From: Octopus sinensis
Taxonomy: Eukaryota
DNA length: 64,000 nt
Reading direction: 5' to 3'
Assembly (NCBI RefSeq): GCF_006345805.1
Contig: NC_043006.1
Coordinates: 82,212,001 to 82,276,000, forward strand
Part shown: positions 54,831 to 64,000 of the stretch, in pieces
Numbering within the stretch: the first letter of the stretch is position 1
How the letters are laid out: every line of letters starts with the position of its first letter
Translations under genes and position numbers: made by a program
The notes under the pieces: model-generated
Database searches by the model: none
What the model saw: the letters and a program-made list of their open reading frames with translations, nothing else
What the model was told of the DNA's origin: nothing

Positions 54831-55808
54831 TTCGTCCTAAAAAACTTTGTATGGATTGAATGGTTACCTCTATGGAAATATATACACACACATTATACAT
54901 ACATGTGTGTATAGATGAATATATAAATACATTTAAATATCTATATAAACTTTTGGGCGATCTTTGTGCTACTTAGAGATAACTTTAGATCTTATTTTCG
55001 TCCTAAAAAACTTTGTGCGGAGTGAAAGGTTACCTGTATGGAAATATATCACACACCATATACATACATCTGTGTATAGATGAATATATAAATACATTTA
55101 ATATCTATATACACTTTTGGGCGATCTTTCTGCTACTTGGATATAGGTCTTATATTCGTCCTAAAAAACTTTGTATGGAGTGAAAGGTTACCTGTATGAA
55201 AATATATACACACACATTATACATACATCTGTGTATAGATGAATATATAAATACATTTAAATATCTATATACACTTTTGGGCGATCTTTCTGCTACTTGG
55301 ATATAGGTCTTATATTCGTCCTAAAACACTTTGTATGGAGTGAAAGGTTACTCTATGGAAATATATACACACACATTATACATACATCTGTGTATAGATG
55401 AAATATAAATACATTTAATATCTATATACACTTTCGGGCGATGTTTCTGCTACTTGGATATAGGTCTTATATTCGTCCTAAAAAACTTTGTATGGAGTGA
55501 AAGGTTACCTGTATGGAATATATACACACACATTATACATACATCTGTGTATAGATGAATATATAAATACATTTAAATATCTATATACACTTTCAGGCGA
55601 TCTTTCTGCTACTTGGATATAGGTCTTATATTCGTCCTAAAAAACTTTGTATGGAGTGAAAGGTTACCTCTATGGAAATATATACACACACATTATACAT
55701 ACATCTGTGTATAGATGGATATATAAATACATTTAAATATCTATATACACTTTTGGGCGATCTTTCTGCTACTTGGATATAGGTCTTATATTCGTCCTAA
55801 AAAACTTT
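54831..55808. repeat. About 160-bp tandem repeat, about 6.1 copies
   Basis: ttcgtcctaaaa recurs at 54831, 54997, 55155, 55315, 55472, 55631 and 55791. Confidence 0.95.
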
Positions 55809-56279
55809 CCTGTCACACACTCACGCACACGCACACACACACACACACACGCACCCTCACACACACACACGCACACACACACACACACACACACTCACAC
55901 ACACGCACGTTAGCTGACAATTTTATTTATATATGTGTGTAAAGAGGAAGTGTCTATGTGTGTAAAGAGGAAGTGGGAGGCAGAGTGAAAGAGTCACTCA
56001 CTACAGAAAGTGAATTACTTTCATTTTATTCGTTGCACACTGTGTGTGTGCGTTTGCGTGTGGTGTAAACCACACTAAGAGAAGCATTTGACTCATACAC
56101 CAGAATGTGAGTTTTCTGTAAATTTTGCTTAATTGGGGTTGAAATTTTAAAAAGTGGACCTGGCAAAACCCGATGCATTCTACTCTTAAAAATGCTAGGT
56201 AAATTGTAATTGAAGAAATCCTATATTGTAGATTCTATAAGTGACAAAGGGAGGCAGATAAAATCTGCCTTTTATAATA

Positions 56280-56331
<52 letters not shown>

Positions 56332-56440
56332 TATATATTCTTCACCCATTTCCTTCCGGCCATTCAAAATGTGACCGCGTATGTACCGTAGGCGATTTTT
56401 TTCCCTCCGTCTTCCCTTCTCTGGATCTTTCCTTTCCTAT

Positions 56441-56475
56441 GTTTCTGACGAAGAGCTCCGCTCGAAACGTAAAAT
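56441..56475 (+). ncRNA. Minimal hammerhead ribozyme motif
   Basis: guuu CUGACGA a GAGC ucc GCUC GAAA CG UA aaau; the host element of about 235 bp is flanked by (TA)n on both sides. Confidence 0.75.
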
Positions 56476-56570
56476 CCTCCTTCTTCCCTTCCTTCCTGAG
56501 CGTCCAATAATACTATATTGTTCCACGTCCTCGCGTTGTTGTGTTTTCTCTTGTGTTTTCATGTTTGGAT

Positions 56571-56620
<50 letters not shown>

Positions 56621-56621
<1 letters not shown>

Positions 56622-57744
56622 GAAAGATAGAAGTCAGGTGGTAGTAGCCACTTCCATTAACACGCAAATAGTGAGCGGTGTTCCGCAGGGACCACTACTG
56701 TTCATAATGGCCCTCTCAGACTGCCTTCAGCCACGCAGAGAGCCAAGTTATGCAGATGATACAAAAGTTTCACAGGCAATACAGAACCCTGAGGACACTA
56801 AACGCCTGCAATGTGAGCTGGACAAAATATACAAGTGGGCTGAAAAAGAAGCATGCAGTTCAATGCTGAAAAGTTTCAAGCTTTATGCTATCAGCATGCA
56901 AAACTGAATGCAATACCCAATGAATACACTGGACCCGGAGGAATTGCAATCCCAGAGGCACAATCAGTGCGTGACCTGGGTATTTACATGAATGATGACG
57001 CAACCTTTCGTGTATATGTTGCTAAATTGGCAATGAAATGTAGACGACTGGCCGGATGGATTCTTAGAACCTTTAGAACAAGAGAACAAGAAACCATGAT
57101 GGTCCTCTGGAGGACACTTGTCCTAAGCCACTTTGACTATTGCTCTCAGCTATGGTCACCATCCAGTGTCAAGCTGATCACAGAACTTGAGGCGATCCAA
57201 CGTAGCTACACGAAGAAGATAGCCTCTGTGCAGTATATAAGCTACTGGGAAAGACTCAAGAGATTAAAACTCTATTCCTTGGAGCGTAGGCGAGAAAGAT
57301 ATGCCATAATATACATCTGGAAGATCCTGGAAGGACTTGTCCCAAACTTTGGCATCGAGAGTTACACAAATGCCAGAACTGGGCGCCACTGCGTGGTGCC
57401 GAGGTCTCCAAATTTGCCATCAAGATGTAGGACAAGATACTGTGATAGCCTGGGCTTCAGAGGCCCACAGCTCTTCAATATCCTCCCGAAGAACCTAAGA
57501 GACCTGCATGGGGTGGATGTAGATGTCTTTAAAATGAAACTGGATCTCTTCTTGTCAGGTATCCCAGATGAACCAACTTCACGGCAGGAGGTGCAGATGA
57601 GGGCAGCTGCATCGAACTCTCTCATGCGCCAAATGGCAGTTGCTAAAAAGCATTCGTGAAGTAAAACCATGTAGCAACACCAAATGGCGGTGCCCCAGCA
57701 TGGCCACAGCTCGTGAGCTGAAACTAGAATCAATCAATCAATCA
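56621..57744 (+). mobile_element. 5'-truncated CR1/L2-group LINE, second copy
   Basis: Closely similar to 49925-51349; ORF 56853-57659; (ATCA)n tail; sits within (TA)n. Confidence 0.92.
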
Positions 57745-57906
57745 TATATATATATATATATATATATATGTTATATATATGTATGTATGTGTGTGTATGT
57801 ATATATATATAACTTATGAACAGGAATATCAACAAATTATTCGTTTAAATTAGCTATGCGGCGTTGTTACTCTCGTGAACGAATAATTTGTTGATATTCC
57901 TGTTTA

Positions 57907-57990
57907 TTACCTGATGAGGGGGCCATTGCAGAAATGCACCTTAACTCGTAATCGAACCGCGACAGTGAACACCCGAAATGGCCATAGATG
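57907..57990 (+). ncRNA. Hammerhead motif preceded by a 27-bp inverted repeat
   Basis: CUGAUGA GGG...CCC GAAA UGGCCA UA; palindromic stem III, weak stem I; IR at 57819-57845 and 57878-57904. Confidence 0.6.
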
Positions 57991-58915
57991 CGTTTAATTA
58001 GATTTTGTAGAGCTCTTTTACTCTCCTGCACTCCAACTTACCATAGATTTTATGAAATGAACTTTTTTGGCTTTTATATTTTTTGTTTGAGGGGGCGTAA
58101 GAAAAATCTTTTTAGTCAATTGTATATACCTTCTATACGTTCTATACATCTATATTTTCATTTGCATATATATTTTTACCTTCTATGTTTTTTTTTATAT
58201 ATGTGTTCTTTATTTGTTGAAAGGTCATGGTAATATTTATATATGATCAAATGTTTGAAGGTGTGGTGTTATGTATAAAGTCGTTGACTTGAATTTGATG
58301 TTTGTTCTCTGATCAATGCTTTTTATCTCTATCTTAATTACATTTGAGCACTTCTTTTTTGCAGTCATATAAACCCTTTTGTCTCCATAAAAAGAGGCAA
58401 AAATTATCTCTTGTCATATATACATACATACATACACACACACACAAACACACACATATATATATACATGCATGCATAAATATATGTATATATATGTATA
58501 TGTATGTATGCATGTATGTATGTATGTATGTATGTATGGATGTATGTATGTATGTATGTATGTATGTATGTATGTATGTGTGTATGTGTGTGTGTATGTG
58601 AGCGTGCGTGCGTATGTATGTATGTATATATATATATATATATATATATAAAACGACATTCAAACTCTAAGACCAATATAAATTCCTTTAGTATGACCTA
58701 AATTTTCCTGGACGACAACTAACCACTGTCCTGCTGTGGTCAAAATTTCAATTTTGGCTATTTTTAGAACAGAAATCCAAAGACAATAAAGCTAACACGC
58801 ACACATTTATAAAAAAAGACACATAAAGCAATTCAGCTTCAAGACAAAAGTGCTGACGCACACTCACACACACGCAGAAAACGCATGCTGCTGTCTCAGT
58901 CCATGTCTATAATGA

Positions 58916-59285
58916 GCCCAGTGGTTAGAGCAGCGGACTCGCGGTCGTAGGATCGCGGTTTCGATTCCCAGACCGGGCGTTGTGAGTGTTTATTGAGCGA
59001 AAACACCTAAAGCTCCACGAGGCTCCGGCAGGGATGGTGGGGATCCCTGCTGTACTATTTCACCACAACTTTCTCTCACTCTTACTTCCTGTTTCTGTTG
59101 TACCTGTATTTCAAAGGACCGGCCTTGTCACTCTCTGTGTCACGCTGAATATCCCCGAGAACTACGTTAAGGGTACACGTGTCTGTGGAGTGCTCAGCCA
59201 CTTACACGTTAATTTCACGAGCAGGCTATTCCGTTGATTCGGATCAACCGGAACCCTCATCGTCGTAACCGACGGAGTGCTTCCA
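58916..59285 (+). mobile_element. SINE family 1, tail C
   Basis: Family-1 head and core; 9-bp TSD ctataatga. Confidence 0.9.
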
Positions 59286-59334
59286 CTATAATGAACACTC
59301 AGTCTATTAAGGTGTTAAGAAATATGTCGATTTT

Positions 59335-59423
59335 AACCCTGAAGAGATCTCTAGCTTTCAAATTCATTATGCAATTATTAATTGTAAAATGAATGAAGGT
59401 AGATATTGAAACGATCGTAGGCC
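59335..59423 (+). ncRNA. Hammerhead motif with long stem II
   Basis: cc CUGAAGA GAU.UCUA...AUUCAUU...AAUGAAU...UAGA.AUU GAAA CGAUCG UA gg. Confidence 0.65.
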
Positions 59424-59491
59424 TTATGTAATCGACAGTTATGTAAATAAATTCAATTTACTGTATTCAAACTCTCCATTTTCTTTATGTT

Positions 59492-59530
<39 letters not shown>

Positions 59531-59618
59531 TATAATATATATATATTATATATATATATATTATATATTATATATATATATATATGTGTGTATATATATA
59601 TACGTATATATTTATATC

Positions 59619-59652
<34 letters not shown>

Positions 59653-60108
59653 TATATATATACGTATATAAATATATTTATGAGTGTGTGTGTTTGCATG
59701 CGAAAGTGTGTATGTGTATATGTATGTATGCATGTATGCATGTATGTATGTACGTACGTATGTATGTATTATATGTGTGTACTTATAATGCATATACACC
59801 CATATTCATATGCATACACACAAACTTATATATATACATATATATATATAGTCATACCTACATACATACATACATACATACATACACACATATACATATT
59901 TAAAGACTGAAGCTTCCTGGATCGTTACTCTGATTTTCCAAGCGATTACAGAAATGAAGCTGCTAAAATATTAATAAACAGCGTCGAAAGAGAATTAGTG
60001 ATAAATATTTGATTCTTGCAATAACAACAAGAAAAACTTACAAAATGCATCACACATTAATCAATTCATTTATCATGTGCAAAGCACGCGATATGTTCAC
60101 ATACATGC

Positions 60109-60527
60109 GATATTTTCGGTTTGACCAGCAGTTTTTTAAGATAATTTCCACGTAACTAAACACTTTTAAACTTCGTATACTGGTAGAATGTGTTTATAAA
60201 ACATCTTTTTCTCTTGGCTTTATTGAGAAAATTCTATAGTTTGTAACATATTTGTTGTTTTTTTTTCTTCAATTTCTGCAATTTCAACCAATCAAAAAAA
60301 ACATTCTGTGCCGTATGAATATGTCCCTCGTTTAAGAAACAGATTGGGTTTATTTACATTTGTGAAGAAAAAAAGATACCCTCCCCCCCCCACCCCTAAC
60401 CCTAACCCTAACTAACCCTAACCCTAAAACAGATCGAAATGCAATAGATTGATACTGGGGTCATAATTATGGGTGACAATTTCATATGACACCGCTAGAA
60501 AAAACTGCCGTTCAAACCGAAAAGATC
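60109..60527. mobile_element. TIR element with internal (CCCTAA)n
   Basis: About 29-bp inverted ends gat.ttttcggtttga.c.gcagtttttt; telomere-type repeats at 60393-60426; partial copy at about 16600-16720. Confidence 0.75.
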
Positions 60528-61215
60528 CAAAACATGCGATACTTTTGTGTCTTCAGTGTCGTACGTATAAAACATACAAAACAAGAACGGGGACAATTAT
60601 CAATAGCTTTAGTGAAAGTTTTTTTCTTTTTCATCAAAATATGTTCGCCTTTCAGGATATGACAAATCCATAATATGGAAATGTGGAAACAAACTAGTGG
60701 GTAGTTGTAAATTCCTCAATAAATAGCAACGGAAGTGTCTACATGAATTTAATCCCAATTTTTTTGTTCAAAATTGCAAAGGGCTATAATAGGATGTAAT
60801 ACATTTTCTAGACTAAAAAACACGTGTCATTGAAACATTAATTCAAGGAGACATGTGTTCTACATTCGACTGTATAGTTTTATAATCATTAATATCATCA
60901 TCCTTTCAATTCCAGATATATTCGGTCAATGAAGTGACGAAGCGTCTTTCTGAGCGTCTTAATGTGTAAATATATTGGAGAATGTTTTTAACACGTTGAC
61001 TGCCAACTACGAGTTATCTCGTAGTTGGCAATCTATACAATTTTGCCAGGTACGATCATACTCGTGGAGGTCTATTTTATTGTAACGCCTAAAATGAACT
61101 GGCGTCTGGAACTAACATTGTGAGTGTGTTGTGGAAACACTAAAGACACGCTTTATTTGCCCAATGATACGAGTTAACTCATACATGGCACCTGCCAGGA
61201 AATATATTTGGAAAA

Positions 61216-61286
<71 letters not shown>

Positions 61287-61373
61287 TATATATATATATG
61301 GACATGCACAAATTCTGTAAGTTCAAGACCTTTCATCGGATCTCCAGGAATCGAACTTTCTTCAATGCAGTTA

Positions 61374-62631
61374 CGAGGGGCGTTCAATAAGTAATGCCCC
61401 TGACCCACTTCCCATAGCAGTAGAGCCACGACACTTGGCACAGTTATTAGTCTTTTCCTACATAGGAACTACTCAGAGTTATGCATTTCACCCATCGTTT
61501 GATACAGCTCTGGAGACCGTTTTTGTAGAAGACCCCCAGCTTGGTCCTCCAACCACGACGTGACTTCAGAAATCAAGGCTGCATCATCTGAGAAACGCTT
61601 TCCTTTCAAAATCAACTTCATGGCTGGGAAGAGGTGAAAATCAGAGGGTGCAAGGGGAGGAGTTCATAGCTGCACGCCTGTGCTTCTGATCTGGCGACAC
61701 GCGAGTTGTGGACCGGAGCGTTGTCCTGCAGGAGGAGGATGCCATTGCTGATCTTGCCCCGCATCTTGATTTTGATAGCTTCTCTTAATTTCCTCAAAAG
61801 TGAAGCATAATAGGCTCCTGTAATTGTGGTACCCTTTGCCAGGAAATCTGTCATCACTACTCCGTCCTGGTCCCAGAAGACTGTGAGCATAACCTTGTCA
61901 GCGGAGGGCTGCACCCTTGCCTTCTTTGGAGGAGGTGAGTCACGGTGCTTTCACTGCATTGACTGGGCTTTAGTCTATGGATCATAGTGATGGACCCAGG
62001 TTTTATCCTGTGTGATCAGTCTTTTGAAAAATTTTGACTCGTCTTCTTGGCACATCTCCAAATTCATCCTCGAGCACTCGATGCGTTCTTGCTTCTGGAA
62101 AGGTGTGAGCAACCTAGAAATCCATCTGGCAGACACCTTTTGCATATGCAAATGGTCATGAATGATAGTTTCCACAGACCCGGTACTAATCTTGACCTTA
62201 TGGGCTATTTGGCGAATAGTTATGCGTTGACCTTCCGAAATGGCAGCCTCAACTTGACGGACAGACGTCTCATCAACGGCAGAAGGGGGCGACCAGATCT
62301 GGGAGCTGTTTCCACAGAGTTCCGACTATGTTTGAATTCACAATGCCAGCGTTTTACAAGGTCATATGATGGAGCATCATCACCATAAGTTACTTTCATT
62401 TCATCAAAAGTCTCCCGTGGTGTGCGTCCTTTCAAATACAAAAACCAGATCACTGCTCGACACTCAACAGGCTCCATTTCACACTTGACTCAGTTCAAAC
62501 ACCTGTAAATCAGAAACCACAATTAGTTCGCCACCTAATCTATAGAGGTATAAATAAGTGCACATGCAAAGTTTTAGCTAGATCAAACAACTGCAAGTGG
62601 GTCAGGGGCATTACTTATTGAACGCCCCTCG
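61374..62631 (-). mobile_element. Full-length mariner (DD34D type) with frameshifted transposase
   Basis: Perfect 37-bp TIRs cgaggggcgttcaataagtaatgcccctgacccactt; TA TSD; WISRLLT, LITQDKTWVHHYDP, KVMLTVFWD and LLQDNAPVH motifs. Confidence 0.95.
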
Positions 62632-62691
62632 TAAACTCACACCCTCATTTGTATCTACCCCTTTTGATGTTTGGGAATCTCTGATGTTTTT

Positions 62692-62775
62692 TCGGCTGAC
62701 GAGTACGAGCCATCTATATTTACTGCATTTTTTGTAGCTTATTAAAGATGTCCTCGTACGAAACAATTGTACCGA
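62692..62775 (+). ncRNA. Canonical type-I hammerhead ribozyme
   Basis: ucgg CUGACGA GUACGAG...CUCGUAC GAAA CAAUUG UA ccga; all stems perfect. Confidence 0.9.
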
Positions 62776-63094
62776 TATTTTAATCCATTCTTGTTGCTTT
62801 TTTCCTGTTTGTAATCACCCCACTTGTCGTATGGTTAACGCCATATAGATTTCCGATGCATCCTAGTTAAGGACCATATTCATATGAATTCATTAGAATT
62901 CACTTGAATCTCAATTACTTAAACCGTAGATATATATATATATATATATAACGTTATATAATTAGGGCAAATTATTTTACTGAGCCCTAATTATATAACG
63001 TAATATTTTGAATATACCTTGAATGGTCCTTTTACATACTGAACACTACTTGGTGAAATTAATTAATAATTAATTGATTTTACCCTTTTATTAT

Positions 63095-63136
<42 letters not shown>

Positions 63137-63364
63137 ATTTCGTTATTTTTTCTTCTTTTTGCCAATGTGAGTTATAAATATTGCTGTCTGTGGAGTTATA
63201 TTGTAGTTAAAAGAATTAGCTATTTTAACTGTTATTTCTAAATTTTCGGTATGTGTGAAGCAATTTTTTTGCTAGACCCTTAATTACACACACCACACAC
63301 ACACACAACACCACACACATATATATATATATAATATATATATATATATATTATATATATATAT

Positions 63365-63407
<43 letters not shown>

Positions 63408-63689
63408 GCATAAGAAAAGATATATTTTCTTTATCATTTATTGCAATTTTTTACATTTGGGTTTAAATAGCATATAAAAGTTTAATTCCTCTAAATTGAA
63501 ATACATAACAACGAGAAAAATTGAGCGTAAAGTGAAAAAATGAATGTAAAAAAATAGATACAGAAAGATTACGGAAAAATATTTTGTTATTGCAGCTTAC
63601 GATTGGAACCAATTTTCATTCCTTTTCTAGCTAATTTGAAATAAAAGAAAACATGTTTATTCAAAGAATTATCGATGGAATGTCAAATT

Positions 63690-64000
63690 ATTCTGTATGG
63701 AATGCCTTGAACCATTTTTATACACACAAAACTGATTTCTCTGGGAATGCAGCACAAGCGTACCTAGTTTCTTTACGAAGTTTCTTTCGTCTACACAACC
63801 ATCATGGTTTGGTTGGCCTTTCTTTTCCATGGGTAGAATTGCTTCCAAGTAGTGGAAACTTTCTACTGCTGGAACTGGAGTTTCTTTCCGTATATGTTCA
63901 CCAAGCAAATACAGCACTACATTAGCTCTAAACTTTTCAAAATTCGTTTGCGTGTTTTCTACTTTGCAATACACCTTGTGGGTATTATGGATGAGAATTT
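63690..64000 (-). pseudogene. piggyBac transposase C-terminal relic
   Basis: FRANVVLYLL...HYLEAILPMEKK, then in a shifted frame RKETRYACAAFPEKSVLCV*KWFKAFH (decayed Cys-rich domain). Confidence 0.65.

Noticed and set aside
54831-55808. Regular array as a possible CRISPR
   Set aside because: Whole units repeat with no unique spacers; eukaryotic context and no cas genes
56853-57659. Longest ORF (268 aa) as a host gene
   Set aside because: C-terminal part of a truncated LINE ORF2 that is duplicated at 50 kb
60393-60426. Telomere or chromosome fusion scar
   Set aside because: Only about five units, in one orientation, inside a TIR element
60988-61200. TTAA-CACGTT start and hairpin tgccaactacgag/ctcgtagttggca as a piggyBac MITE
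   Set aside because: No matching right terminus visible

Overview
AT-rich, microsatellite-dense eukaryotic DNA made almost entirely of repeats, with no recognisable host exon. The SINE families and repeat style suggest an octopus/coleoid cephalopod genome (inference). Most ORFs in the supplied track are translations of simple repeats. Recognisable content: decayed Helitrons (Rep HUH and PIF1-helicase relics plus non-autonomous copies); two full-length but broken Tc1/mariner elements; hAT and piggyBac relics; MITEs; 5'-truncated LINEs of four groups (CR1/L2-like, RTE, R4/Dong, L1/Tx1); and at least four tRNA-derived SINE families that swap 3' modules. The main unannotated signal is about 16 type-I hammerhead-ribozyme motifs (CUGANGA-stem II-GAAA-stem III-UH) in roughly ten unrelated non-coding elements, most next to (TA)n tracts. 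Stem III differs in sequence between families but is usually a palindrome. The elements occur as a tandem dimer with a predicted 531-nt unit, as outward-facing inverted repeats, and once behind a tRNA-like Pol III head. This fits non-autonomous Penelope-like/retrozyme elements. All calls were made by eye, so coordinates are approximate and ribozyme activity is predicted, not shown.
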